This document shows, one piece after another, positions 39,431 through 56,399 of a stretch of DNA of 64,000 bases. The first letter of the stretch is position 1. Every line of letters starts with the position of its first letter. Source of the stretch: Eledone cirrhosa. Taxonomy: Eukaryota. A program made the position numbers and the translations under genes. The notes beneath the pieces were generated by a model. The model searched no databases. It worked only from the letters and a program-made list of their open reading frames with translations, and was not told the origin of the DNA. The stretch covers positions 87,668,001 through 87,732,000 of the forward strand of contig OZ024742.1 of the NCBI GenBank assembly GCA_964016885.1, written 5' to 3'.

Positions 39431-41477
39431 GGTGTGTATGTGTGTGTGTGTATGTATATATATATATATATATATATGTATTTATATATCTATATCTATA
39501 CATACCCCGTCTACTTATTATATATATATATATATATAGTCATATAGTAGAGGCTAAATAGTGAGTATTGATATTCTGGAGTTTCACCTATTTATTACAG
39601 TGGATTATTCTCTGATATTTTTTCTGTATTTATTTAGAAATATTAGAGCAAACATTCGTTTAATTTTCAAACATCAATGGATAACTTTTTATAATTTCAT
39701 TTATTTGGTTTAATTATATTGAGAGTAACATGTTCTATACATTACACTCCGTTAGCATTGGATGAGAGTCTCCCCTGTGGGTACTCAATATGTAGTTTTA
39801 CGCGTACAGACGTTCACTATAAAAGTCACATTCAAAGCTCATCAATCGTCATAGATATAGACGCTTATGTAATGACCTAATGCATTATGATTAGAGGGAC
39901 AAATTGTGGCAATCTATTTCTTATGACGAATCTTTACATCTGCAACATATCAGTTTTCCAAAGTGCGAGTAATCTCGACACTGACAGCTGGTGCAGTTAT
40001 ATGTGCTCCTTGCATTTGGCTCGCCAGATTGTTGCGACCTCTTTCAGAGCATTCTAATACAATGGACCTATTTAATCAAAAAATTAAACAGATAAATACT
40101 GAGATATTTCTTTTGCAAGGATTGTCGCACTATTACATGATGTATTTCACGATATCAATGTGCATTGTTTGAGTTATCTCCCAGCTTTCCCTATGCAACT
40201 CGTCACACTACGAATATTAAGATTTGCCCCTCAGCGGATTCAAATGTTAGAGAGGGCTTCGCAAATTTATGTTTGGACCACTGAAGCACAATTGTGTTAA
40301 TTACTTGTTCATTCAAAACCATCACCCGGAATTTACATGAGCAATCTCTGAAAATATACGAAATGTTCATCGGAAATTTTTATAAATTCTGAGTTATTCT
40401 TCTGGCCCAACCCTAAGGGGATGTTTCTGAGAATTGAATTTAATTCACTTCACCTATACAGGAAACCACCGAGAGAAATATATGATAACAAATTAATATC
40501 CAGATCATTATGCGTTTTTCACCTATCTTCTTGCAAATATGCTAAATTAGAACATACAGTTCTGTCTATAAATTCAAACTCACACGTGTATTTATAATGA
40601 TGATGATGACAGCTTTCCGAAACAATTCGCAGCTTAAATCTGTTATATCGAATGAGCGAGGGATTCTCACGATCCTTTGTGGATATCCCATTTTCACAAT
40701 GAGTCGCAAACATATTTCACGGTTGACTGAATCTTAGATATTATTGAGATAAATGACCAAAGGGTATTTACCAATATATTCATCTTAGCAATGTTATTGG
40801 GATTGCAAAGCTAGAACAGTAGACTCTCGGTTGAATCTGAATTTCAGGGGATGGAAGTACCAATGGCTGCTGGGGTAAATATTGTGGAATCACAGATTTT
40901 TAAGGATGCATATGCACTAATGATTCATGCATAACTGTCTCATGTCATTTGTTTGTAGTCGTGGATCATCAATGCATCTTTAGAATATTTAGTAAATGGG
41001 ATCAACTGCAATTATGAGACATCTAAAAATGCTGGATCAATCACTAAATTGATTATGTTTCTACTTAAATTAATGCACATTCCTCTGACATAGAGGTGTC
41101 ACGTTTAAAGACGTGGTTGCATACATGGAATAACGTTTCAGCAGTCCTTGTCTAACAGCAGTCATCCAAAATACAACCCGTTCCTTAGATTTAGCAAAAA
41201 TACTCTATGCTGCTAAATCAATATTTTGATGGAAATGCAAATGACACTTATCTGCCTATTCACATATATGAGAAAGAAATCGACATCACCCATGTACACA
41301 GTGTATTAGATGAATATGAACATATTCACACGAAATCCTTGATATATTGATATTTTTGCATAATTGAAGAATATTGTCCAACATATTAACACTTCCTGAT
41401 TCAATTTATCCTTTTCTATCACTGTATACATATATATATAATTAAAATTGAGATAGAGAGTTTGTCTTTCTCTTGTA

Positions 41478-41534
<57 letters not shown>

Positions 41535-41890
41535 ACAAGGGAAACACAAACTCCCCATCTCAATTTTAATTTTGGAAATCATAACAACAGTGAAAGCGCT
41601 AAACTAAATAAACAAATATTCTTAAAAAACTCCAGTTACATTTCCAATTTCTTTTCCATGTACTTTGACCCGTGTGTTACATCTTTTTAACAAAAACCTC
41701 AATTTGAAATATATATATATATTTGTATATATATATATAATTATGTTGTTATTATTATTAATTTTATTATTGTCGTCAGTATTGTTAATACCAATGATAA
41801 TAATAATAATAATAATAATAACAATGTTGTTGTTGTTATTAAATTATTAATAAAATTATTATAGCAACGTATATTTATTAATATTCACAG

Positions 41891-42064
41891 CTCCTTGCTC
41901 AGCTCAACCACCTAATATCGAAAATGGACGACGTGTTTTTATTGGATGGAAGCATGGTGATAAGGCGAAATACATGTGCTTTCAAGGTTTTGAATTAGTA
42001 GGAGATTTATACATGACTTGTAGATATGGACGATGGGAAGGAACGAGACCTTTATGTGAAGAGG
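41891..42064 (+). CDS. Penultimate exon, Sushi/CCP domain, lev-9/Hasp-like secreted protein
   Basis: cacag| acceptor, |gtaag donor, 174 nt, phase 1-1. Translates PCSAQPPNIENG..GDKAKYMCFQGFELVG..TCRYGRWEGTRPLC. Confidence 0.92.
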
Positions 42065-42089
42065 GTAAGTATATATGTATGTATATGTG

Positions 42090-42136
<47 letters not shown>

Positions 42137-42428
42137 TTTCTTTGTTTTATATTAACTAATATGATAACTGATGATATTTATTATCGAATACACATACATT
42201 TTGAATGAATTAATAACTTAGAAGTGAACATGATTATGTAACGGCCCCAAGCTGCAATAATTAATTATTGAGTATAATATATATAATAGTTTATAATGAG
42301 GTAAGTTATTTTTATGCTGAAGACTAATCAAATTTGATTATGAAAATATTTGTTTGAGACTGTTTCTTTGATATTAGATAAAATATTTTGCATGGAAATA
42401 TTATGGCGTACTTTTCTTTCTTTTGCAG

Positions 42429-42715
42429 TTCATTGTCCAAATCCCGGGAAACTTGAAAATGGAAAGATACATAAAAAGGGTCAAATTGGAAAATTTGAGT
42501 TTAAATCCTATATCGTAACTATAAGGCATGGCGATCGTTTATTATATGAATGTGATCGCGGTTATGAATTAAACGGAGCAAGTGGAGCCACATGTGTTGA
42601 CGGACAATGGAGTCCAATTGAAAAACCAGTGTGTAAACCAGGCCAGCATCCAATTTTGCATAAGCTATGGAAACCTATAGAGGAACAAGCTCATTCTAAT
42701 CAGTATTACTTGTAA
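42429..42715 (+). CDS. Terminal exon, Sushi/CCP domain with insert, lev-9/Hasp-like
   Basis: ttttgcag| acceptor in phase with the previous exon. HCPNPGKLENG..YECDRGY..GATCVDGQWSP..C.PGQHP recalls the last CCP of LEV-9-family proteins (from memory). TAA at 42713-42715; AATAAA at 42928. Confidence 0.9.
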
Positions 42716-43275
42716 TTGTGAAAGGACAATGACGGAATGTCGTAGAAATTGAAAGCAACCGAAATAAGTCAGAAATAGAGAAGAAAAGAAAATATCAATA
42801 ATTTAATCAGAACTAAACAATATACAGAAATGGAATCGCGTAGAGATATCTGATTTAAGATGGAATGCATTCAGATTTCAGAGAACGTACATTTCTTTGA
42901 TGAGTATATATACGAGATGGTCATGCTAATAAAATAGCATGTTGTGAAATTGGTTCATTTCCTTTCAACTTGTAGATATGATTTGATTGAGAGGACAGTC
43001 CCTGAAAGGCAATACATTTGAGGATGAATTTTAAAAGGCTATTTACATATAGCTGATATTTCTAACGAAGTGCTGCGTCAAATATACTAATATTCAGCAC
43101 ACGATCGAATCGACGAATATAAAAACAAAGCGGGCAATAACATATATATAATTATAAAACACACATACACGCACCCCGCCACACAACACTCACATATATA
43201 TATATATACATATATAAAACTTATTACACAAACTCAAACATGTATCTATCTCTCTATCTATTTTCTATAGATCCA

Positions 43276-43404
<129 letters not shown>

Positions 43405-44000
43405 GTGAATTCCGTTAAATAAAATTATATCCAAATTTGGAGATTACAGTACAAGGGACAAGTTGTAAGCAGTTTAATTGACAGGAGTAAATCTATCAAA
43501 GACTGGGGTTAATCATTATTTGTTCAGCTCGTCGGTCCGACAACTGTCTATGGGAATGATAAATCCAAGCGTAAGGCACGTTTCGAGAGATGAAAATGTC
43601 ATAAGGCAATGTTTTTACACACACACACGCTTACCCATAAATATACACACACCCACAAACATACACACACATACACACACACAAACACATACATATATAT
43701 ATAGATAGAAGACTAATTATCACAAGCATTAATATTATGAATAAATGTCAAATATTTTCTAATATAACATTCCAATTACTAACCACTGCAGATAACGCGA
43801 AACATAAAAGGCATTGATGACTAAATATGGAATAAATACACAGACGTCCACAACAGCATACAAACAACGAAGTGCTGTGTTCATGGATTAATTTTCAGCT
43901 ACATATATGTTATAAATTTATGTATATTAAGAGAAACGATGATATTTCGTGTATATGTATTTATTGGTTTTATTGTTTATCGAACTGTTAGTTAAGTTTC

Positions 44001-44224
44001 TCAAGGTAATGTCTCAGATTCAACCATAGCTTTTATGGATCCAACCCCGTATTTGATCTGCTCTTCAAACTGATGATCCAACAAAAAATATAGTGTATAT
44101 ATTTCTTGTTGGTTTGCAAGTCTAATGCGCAGGTCGAAAATGGCGTCGGGTTCATCATGGTTATAGGTGACCCTGAGACAATTCCCAGCCAAACGCACGT
44201 TAGAGGTCGATACACAATAACAGA
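44001..44224 (-). CDS. Candidate terminal coding exon of an unidentified convergent gene
   Basis: tttatttag| acceptor, then 73 non-repetitive sense codons (CYCVSTSNVRLAGNC...ESETLP*). Confidence 0.35.
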
Positions 44225-44570
44225 CTAAATAAATGTAAACGAAGCCACATCGTTCATCTTGATTTATACACTGTGCCTGTGCATCTAGTGTTACTTTTGT
44301 ACCACCAAGATAAAATACTTACGTCATTGCTCTTTAGTATGAAATTAAGTACTTTTCCTTATACAGTTAGAGAAATATTTCTTATAAGACTTGCATGATT
44401 GGAAATTATATAATAGGCAGCAGAAAATTGATTTAAATTAAAAAAGAACATTTATCTATTGTTTACAATATTGTTTATAGTTTGAAAAAACATTTTGTTA
44501 GATTTGCAGGAGTGGGAATTATTTAAGAAGCAGCAGCATGCAGTTAGCATTGTATACAACCAATGTTAGA

Positions 44571-44613
<43 letters not shown>

Positions 44614-45950
44614 TTACATATATATATATATATACATATATATATACATATATAGCGAGAGAGAGAAGTAGATATATAGAGACGGATATATATATGTGTC
44701 TGGTGTGTGTGCCGGGTGCGCGCGTGTGGGTGTATGAAATACACATAAATATATATGTATGTGTGCGTGCATGTGTGTATGTGGGTGTGTATTTGATTCA
44801 TTCCAAATGTTGTGATCATTTATACACCTAATTAAATGAATAAATATATTCCAAGTAGAATAGCTTTATGACTCACTATGGAAATGCTTAATATATTTGG
44901 AAAATATATATGTATCATATAATACGCAACATTAAGAAATAAATCCAAGGATATTAAGCATATATTTTGAATAGAATACTGAAATCATCAACCGATATTA
45001 CCAAAACATAAGAAGCATTCTCGAATCTTGTCTCCACCTACCTATATTTGCTAAATCGAAATATGACGAACTGGATATATTAAACATAATACACTACCTA
45101 ACATATGTTTTGCTTGACACTTGATACGATACAAATTTATAAACGTTTTAAGCATTGAAGCGCATACCTAAATGAAAGCATTCATTGCATTATGATCATA
45201 TGAAAAATTATTAATCATCGAATATTGGTGACGAGAATCCATGTAACAATTATAATATTCAACGGAAATCTTATATTGATTTTTTTAATGAAATTTCATT
45301 TGGTAAGATGATTACCTACATCAAATCCACATACCTTCCACTAACATCTATCATATAGAAATTTCGTTGAAATAGGGAACAAAAAATATATTATAATAAC
45401 AAATATTCCTGATATTTAAATCACAAATAAAACGTGCAAATTGTATTAAAATACAATATGATTTGATATATAATAATCATTGTTATCGTTGTATATTTAC
45501 ATGTGTACTGAAATTGTGAGCACCAATATTAGTACGTAAACAGTGCTTGTTCATCGTATCAGTATGGGAAAAATATTTTATGACTTGAAATATGACTGTA
45601 ATAATAATAATAATATGAATATAGAATGTTGCTGAAATGTTTATTAATTTCAAAATTTGTTAATGAATATAATGGCTATATTCAGCATAAAATTACTTGT
45701 TCAAAAGCGTGTCGTGCGAATGTTTTCTGAAAGGATACAGCTATATAAATCATATTCATAATATAGAGATAGACATTAAATAAATAATTCAATGGGTATG
45801 ATACAGCAGGACGATAATGAAACATAAATTTCACAGATTTATGTTTATAGAGCGCGAATATCACAATTTGTGATAATGTGTATTTATAATTACAAAAGAG
45901 AAAATCACATCCAATAACTTACGTTTATCATTCGCGCTGATTAACAAAAG

Positions 45951-46044
<94 letters not shown>

Positions 46045-46058
46045 GTTAGTTCACCATA

Positions 46059-46099
46059 CCAGAACAATATGTTTCACCTTATGCGGGTCTTCAGCTCGG
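46059..46099 (-). ncRNA. Compact HHR-like motif
   Basis: CCGAG-CTGAAGA-CC..GGT-GAAA-CA(TAT)TG-TT-CTGG; helix I is weak. Confidence 0.5.
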
Positions 46100-46122
46100 A
46101 CATGTTCTCGGTACGGTTGGTT

Positions 46123-46253
<131 letters not shown>

Positions 46254-46293
46254 TTATATGTATATAAATATATATACATATATATATATATAT

Positions 46294-46490
46294 ATAACGA
46301 AGGAAATGTGGTAAGGAACCAGGTGGACCATAACGCACCAAAGTACTCAATTCTTAGGGTAGTAGAGTGGGTAATAGGAACAAGTAAGACCCCGACAGCT
46401 GAGCTCAAGCCGTTTCGACGGCTAATTCTGGGTCCAGAATTAGCCGTCGAAACGGCTTGAGCTCAGCTGTCGGGGTCTTACTTGTTCCTA
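46294..46490 (-). mobile_element. Family A element with perfect ~58-bp fold-back
   Basis: Arms ~46374-46431 / 46434-46491 plus tail; inside (TA)n. Confidence 0.9.
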
Positions 46491-46530
46491 TATATATATA
46501 TATATATATATATAAATATATATATATATA

Positions 46531-46859
<329 letters not shown>

Positions 46860-47431
46860 ACATATATTACATATATATGTGTGTGTGTGTGTGTGTGTAT
46901 ATATGTATATAACATTATAGAGTTACTATAATTCCTGCATATTAAATGTGTATAATTGTATATCGGCGCAGTATAAACTCAGTATATAAAAATATTACGT
47001 TTCAGTATATCTTAAAGTTGGGATGTATTAAAACGCGATGTAAACGATCCTACATGAGATTTAAAAGATATTATGTTATGCAGGTTTATTCCAGTAAAAG
47101 CATTTAATTTAATAATCATTATATTCGGAAAAAAGTGTATAAGTAATGTTCAGTTAAATAGATAGATTTTTAACGATAACCTCAAATACTAACAGTGAAG
47201 AGATAATAGAACTTTTAAAGTGCATAAGTGTTATAAAGATTATATTTGTAATTTTCAAGTCATAAATCAGGAAATATTTGCAACAAATCACAAAAGATTA
47301 TAACCAGAATTATTGTCTAGTAAGCAATTTCAAGGAGATACATAATATATATCTATATATATAAATATATATATATATAATTATACAACATAGTACGTAT
47401 GTATATACTTATATTGACGAATGCATATATT

Positions 47432-47468
<37 letters not shown>

Positions 47469-47505
47469 CTATATATATATATACATATATACACATACAT
47501 ATATA

Positions 47506-47554
<49 letters not shown>

Positions 47555-48134
47555 TATATATATATCCATATATATATATATATATTTATGAGTATTGCTT
47601 TATATATGAGTACCTCTTTCAATTATTTGAATATATAATTCTTCGTTGATATATAATTTTAAACCATGTAATTACAATAATTTTGTACGTATATAGTGTC
47701 ACTGATACACGAAGTGCAAGCTATGAACCACACATTAAAAACGCCCGCATGTCTTAGGACACACTATCGGAAAGAATTCATTACTTGAAGGAATCTTGCG
47801 ATGTTTCTCGTGAATTATTTAAAACAAGAAAAATAAAAAGAATCCCATAATTATCTTATAATCAAATACTGAAGCAATTAAATGAATTGTACAAATTCAT
47901 AGTCTGAACGTTTTGGGAAATATATACGCATTTGTCAATTTGTATTTTAATATTACAGAGTGTATTCTTATACAAACATGCATATATATGTATATTTCCA
48001 TATAAAAGTATATATACATATGTATATATATAAATGGGTGCAAATGCGTCGGTGCGTGTGAGAGAATGTGTGTGTGTGCTCGGGCTATTCTGTGGCAATT
48101 CCTGTGCACGATCGTTCACGTTTCCAGACTCCAT

Positions 48135-49520
<1,386 letters not shown>

Positions 49521-49818
49521 ACATCTATATATGTTTAATCCAATATATGTATACTACTATATAAATAAATGTTTATAAACATTGGGCTAAACTATTACAT
49601 GACGAAATATACCAATTTGATTTATTAAGAATCAGTTGTTTATATAATCAGGAAATCACTCCTCATATTTACATTGAAATCTCAGATTTTTATTGAAAAC
49701 ACACAGAAGGTGAATCATACCAGTTTGGTTGTACGAATAAAATATTTGGTAAGAAAAAAGATGAAATAAAATTTTCAAAGAAATACAACTGTGTCATCGT
49801 TTTCTATATTGCACGCAT
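49521..49818. repeat. ~300-bp direct duplication, second copy at 53894-54190
   Basis: Near-identical unique sequence 4.37 kb apart. Confidence 0.9.
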
Positions 49819-49821
49819 TTA

Positions 49822-49870
<49 letters not shown>

Positions 49871-49873
<3 letters not shown>

Positions 49874-50023
49874 AACCAGTAAGACCCCAACGGCTGAGCT
49901 CAAGCCGTTTCGACTGCTAATTCCGTCGGGGTCTTACTGGTTCCTATCACCCACTCTACTACCCTAATTATTGAGTACTGTGGTGCGTTATGGTCCACCT
50001 GGTTCCTTACCACATTTCCTTCG

Positions 50024-50025
<2 letters not shown>
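49871..50025 (+). mobile_element. Family A element, opposite orientation, with inversion
   Basis: Ends ccttcgtta(TA)n. Confidence 0.85.
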
Positions 50026-50057
<32 letters not shown>

Positions 50058-50182
50058 AACAATTGAACGGGAACAGAACAGAGAGGCAGTACAAACAAAG
50101 GTTTATTAGTCTCACGCTCCTGAGAGTGGGGTGGTAGTGGGGAAACATATATATATATATACATATATATACATATATATTT

Positions 50183-50249
<67 letters not shown>

Positions 50250-50259
50250 AACCAGTAAG

Positions 50260-50353
50260 ACCCCGACAGCTGAGCTCAAGCCGTTTCGACGGCTAATTCT
50301 GGACTAAATGAAAATTTATCCTGGTATTTAAATAGCCGATCTTCTCAAGGGGT
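50260..50353 (-). ncRNA. Complete family A HHR, U3-A8 core variant
   Basis: ACCCC-TTGAGAA-GATCGGCTATT..AATTAGCCGTC-GAAA-CGGCT(TGAGCTC)AGCTG-TC-GGGGT. Longer host copy spans 50247-50600; a mutated copy lies at 51108-51203. Confidence 0.78.
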
Positions 50354-50619
50354 AATTCCATATATGGTCAAAGTGATTGTCAAAAATCAGTAGTAATTCT
50401 GTGGTTGCAAATTAGTAGGGGAGATGGTGGCTAAACCTGCCAGTAGGAGAATGAGGGGAGGGGGTGGAGTAGACCCAATCAAGCGTTGGTAGTGCCAGCT
50501 ACAGCTGGGCATGAGGTCAAAGAAGATACAGGGGAGGGGGAGGTGGAGGAAGTCGGAACGGTAGAACAATGGGGGGTAGAAATATATAGGAAAGAAAAAA
50601 TACTGAGAGTGAAGAAAAG

Positions 50620-50681
<62 letters not shown>

Positions 50682-50688
<7 letters not shown>

Positions 50689-51044
50689 GTGGGTTTTTTT
50701 TACAAAATGAAAAATAACCGAGGTGTCCTACACGAGTAAAAGTATAAAGAAAAAGAGATGAAATCGAAAATGCAACTGGAGTCTTATTTTTTTTAAAATA
50801 TATATATGTATTTGGTTCCTTTACCGGTTTCGCAGTTCTTCTGCTTTTCAAAAGGTGAGTTGAGATGGAGGGTCTGTGGTTTTTCTCACATCTGATGGGA
50901 GAAAAACCACAGACCCTCCATCTCAACTCACCTTTTGAAAAGCAGAAGAACTGCGAAACCGGTAAAGGAACCAAATAAATATATATATTTAAAAAAAAAA
51001 TAAGACTCCAGTTGCATTTTCGATTTCATCTCTTTTTCTTTATA
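50682..51044. mobile_element. Family G fold-back element, ~145-bp arms + tail, one HHR on each strand
   Basis: 50743-50887 / 50899-51044 inverted and near-perfect; inside (TA)n. Confidence 0.88.
50931..50968 (+). ncRNA. Minimal type I HHR, U3-A8 variant (mirror copy 50818-50855, -)
   Basis: CCTT-TTGAAAA-GCAG(AAGAA)CTGC-GAAA-(CCGG)-TA-AAGG. Confidence 0.8.
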
Positions 51045-51047
51045 TAT

Positions 51048-51093
<46 letters not shown>

Positions 51094-51097
<4 letters not shown>

Positions 51098-51500
51098 AAG
51101 GAGAAGGACCCCGACGGCTGAGCTCTACCCGTTTCCACGGCTAATTCTGGACTAAATGAAAATGCTTATCCTGGTATATGAATAGCCGAGCTTCTCAGGG
51201 GGTATTTCCATATATCGTAAAAGTGATTGTCACAAGGATTGGTCAAAAGTTTGTTGTTGAGACACATAATTCTATCATGGCAATTTGTGGAGGGTAGGGG
51301 TAGCTGAACCTGCCAGTAGAATAAATAGGGACAGGGGGTGGAGGAAACCCAGTCGTGAGTTGATAGTGCCAACTACAGCTTGGCAGGAGGTCAAATTAGT
51401 ATACAAGGGAGGGAGAGGGTGGGGGGGGGGGGCTCGTAACAATAAGTAAAACAATATGGGGTAAATATATAGAAACATACCGAGAATGTTAAAAAACAAT
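51094..51500 (-). mobile_element. Longer family A copy, possibly with a decayed PLE endonuclease C-terminus
   Basis: Homologous to 50247-50600. PCPY..C..CLNNKLL only weakly resembles a GIY-YIG C-terminus. Confidence 0.55.
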
Positions 51501-52479
51501 TAAATGTAAAAAAAACAATTTCTGGTTACTATAACGTAAGGACAGCTATCAAGACTCTCACTGGTACTGCTAGACTAAAGAAAGGTTTACTAGGTGGGAC
51601 GGAATTATAATGAGACCCTTTTAAGAGGTATAAGTAATCAACCGAGTATATCTTACGGTGACAGGTCAACAGGTGGGGAGCCAAAATACTAAAGAAACTA
51701 CCACGAAATAATAATTTTAAGTCCCGAGACCAATACGAAATAAAGGTTTCTACCCCAGGCACAAGATCAGCAACCACCCAATCCAAATAAAATAAACTAA
51801 TACGAAATAATAATTCAGAATCCCGAAAAAGAATACTAATACTATCTCTAAGGGTGCCGCCACGATACAAAAATTCTAGTGCAAACTACATAAATGCGCG
51901 TACGAAGTATATGAACAATTTGATACGGAAAATTAATTCAGAACCCCCCCCCCCCCCCCCCCAAAAAAAAATACTGATATACAAGAAATTAGAGCAAAGA
52001 TGACCCTAAGAAATATAGAAAGCACGGAAAAGGGGAAGCCATCGGATAAGAAGGCAAGTATCCGGGGTCTAACACATCTGCTATAAAAAGCGGAGTCGGC
52101 CAATTCTATCATAGAATAGTGGAAGGGGGTGGGGGTACTGAGGCTACAAAGGACCGAGGGGCTGCCTCGATCGGCGAGAAAGTGAAAAGGATAACGACAT
52201 AGAAATAAGGACTGGGGTGTAAGGACTAGGGAGGGATGGGGAGAAGAAGGAAATATAGAGGCAGCGATAAAAAGATATAAAAGAAGATGTTACGTCTACC
52301 TTTGCAAGCAGGGGTTACCCATTACAAAATCGGCAAGTGGGGTGGTATAGCCCTATACTACCCTCCGCCCGGGTCATTATGGGGTTTGATGGCGAGGTAA
52401 GTCCTACGCAATATGTGTTTACATGCAGTTACCAGTTCATCTATCTTGTTTAGGAGTTGGTCCGTCGAACACGCAAAAA

Positions 52480-53326
<847 letters not shown>

Positions 53327-53358
53327 GTGTATATATATATATATATAAATATATATAT

Positions 53359-53405
<47 letters not shown>

Positions 53406-53426
53406 TATATATGTATATATATATAT

Positions 53427-53497
<71 letters not shown>

Positions 53498-53505
53498 TAA
53501 ATATA

Positions 53506-53541
<36 letters not shown>

Positions 53542-53547
53542 AATATA

Positions 53548-53657
<110 letters not shown>

Positions 53658-53701
53658 GTATATATGAATATATAATATATGTATATATATATATATATAG
53701 T

Positions 53702-53743
<42 letters not shown>

Positions 53744-53768
53744 CATCCATACATTTATATATATATGC

Positions 53769-53834
<66 letters not shown>

Positions 53835-53858
53835 ATATGCACATAGCAAATACATATA

Positions 53859-53896
<38 letters not shown>

Positions 53897-54186
53897 TCTA
53901 TATATGTTTAATCCAATATATGTATACTACTATATAAATGCATGTTTTTAAACATTGTGCTAAACTATTATATGACGAAATATACCAATTTGATTCATTA
54001 AGAATCAGTTGTTTATATATTCAGGAAATCACTCCTCATATTTACATTGAAATCTCAGATGTTTATTGAAATCACACAGAAGGTGAATCATACCAGTTTG
54101 GTTGTACGAATAAAATATTTGGTAAGAAAAAAGAAGAAATAAAATTTTCAAAGAAATGCAACTGTGTCATCGTTTTCTATATTGCA

Positions 54187-54270
<84 letters not shown>

Positions 54271-54272
<2 letters not shown>

Positions 54273-54702
54273 CGATATTAATAAATGGAAACTATATTTA
54301 TAAAACCATATTTATTTCATTATACATATTTCAGGGATAACAAATTAAATTACGGTATGCCTTCATCAGACAAAATACAATATATAACAGTTTTACAAAT
54401 AAGCTTTGACGTACCCTTTTAAAATGCAACCATTATTTTTTGAAGCCATCTGGTTGCATTTTAAAAGGGTACGTCAAAGCTTATTTGTAAAACTGTTATA
54501 TATTGTATTTTGTCTGATGAAGGCATACCATAATTTAATTTGGTATCCCTGAAATATGTATAATGAAATAAATATGGTTTTATAAATATAGTTTCCATTT
54601 ATTAATATCGTATATCTACTCCAAATACTTGTCGAGTGTTTTATATCAGTCATAAAAATATTTACTTGTTGTATCCCAACAATTTTAAATAGAACTTTTG
54701 CA
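54271..54702. mobile_element. Fold-back element, 162-bp arms + ~90-bp tail
   Basis: 54271-54432 / 54451-54612 inverted with about 2 mismatches; (TA)n on both sides. Confidence 0.9.
54506..54570 (+). ncRNA. Type I HHR (mirror copy ~54313-54377, -)
   Basis: TATTTTGT-CTGATGA-AGGCATACCA..TGGTATCCCT-GAAA-T(ATGT)A-TA-ATGAAATA. Confidence 0.8.
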
Positions 54703-54720
54703 TATATATATATATATATA

Positions 54721-55750
54721 TGTAGATAAGTCTACCAAAATATACGGCAGTGTCCAATCCGTATGAAGATCTCAATGTAATCGAAATATAGAAGATATCA
54801 TAAAAAGAGAAGATACATTCAAAAATGTAAGATAAAAATCATAGGGAAACAGAGTCAAGATAAATTAATAAAAACAATGAAATAAACACAAAGAACAAGT
54901 TCTTTATATTACAAAATTCCTAATGTTACGATCGTTTCTGGGATGTATATGTTTGTTGGTATGTATATCATATAGATCTATGTAAAAATATTACAAATTT
55001 TCAGAAAAAATATACATACCTTCACTTATACATGCTGTCCTCAGAAATAACTTGTTATTTGTGTTTATTTCATTGTTTTTATTAATTTATATATATATAT
55101 ATATAAGTTAAAACAATGAAATAAAAAATCAAGTCATTAGAGATATACTTCACTGCTTTACAATCGTTTCTAGATGATGTTAGTACATTGTAGCTATACT
55201 TCGTTATTGATCTATCTAATATTAGTTACACAATATCAGATAAAGAGAATCTTTACTTACATATTTACTGACCCTTTGAAAGAATGGTTGAATGGTGGCT
55301 CATGACCTCAACTAAAGTGAATTACTTTTCATCTTAACATCATATGACAAATACAATTTTATTGGTTAGATCTTCAACTACCTCCAAATAAGGACAAGAT
55401 ACTAACATACTATTAATTCTGAATAAAATTAGTAATGCTTTTGAAAACAGCTGGTGTTATGCATGTAAATACATATTCTCTTTATCTGATATTTTGTAAC
55501 TCACCTTACATAGATCAATTACGAAGTATAGCTACAATGTATGATCATCATCTAGAAACGATCGTAAATCAGTGAAGTATATCTCTACTTCCTTGATTTT
55601 TTTATTTCATTGTTTTAACTCATATCATGACTGTTTTCCTATTAATGTTTTATTGTTTTCCTGGATTTATCTTAACATACAACATTTTCAACATATTGAT
55701 TACATTGAGTTATTCATGCAGAATAGACCCCACAACTAAACCGTGGATAT
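54721..55750. mobile_element. Two adjacent family C fold-back elements (54721-55090 and 55105-55750) with long-helix-II HHRs
   Basis: Inverted arms 54860-54901 / 55049-55090 and ~55106-55262 / 55463-55620. Cores at 54927-55044 (-) and 55436-55571 (+). Tail motif gattacattgag shared with ~25104. Confidence 0.7.
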
Positions 55751-56213
55751 ATATATATATATATATATGAGACTAATCAGTCCTACACGACGAAAAACAC
55801 TATTTACTTTTGGCACTTTTCAAGTTCCAGTAGGGACCACATTTAGCACAGTGCTGATGATATCTAGAGATTTAAATGCGCATAGACTGTTATCCCAATT
55901 AAGACGGCGCTATATATATGTGTACATCAATGAAAATATGTATATATATATAAATATATATGTTTATTCACAGTTGTATAATAAAAAAACAAATATAATT
56001 ATACAATGCTTATCGAACGAAAGCACAAACTAGTATAATATAAAGGAAAAGGTAATGAAAAACAACAAAAGAGGTAAAGAAAGAGAAAAGAAAATACACA
56101 ACAGCAGGTAGCACACACATCTAGGACCACATACGAAAAAGGGTAGGTGAAAGGGGTGGATAACCAGAGCAACAGATAACACTATAGGGAGGAGAACTGG
56201 AAGACCTTTCTAA

Positions 56214-56399
56214 TAAGTGCTTCTACTTTTGGCACAAGGCCAGAAATCACGCAGTGTATTACTGGTATTTTATTTTATCGACACCGTAAGGATGAAAGGC
56301 AAAGTTAACCTCGGCGGGATGTGAACTCAGATCACAAAGGGCCGTAATTCTTCACTGCCAAACATGGTGTCCGACCTTCTACCAATACTACCAATCCAC
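56214..56399 (-). mobile_element. tRNA-derived SINE
   Basis: Same family as 20788. Confidence 0.85.
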
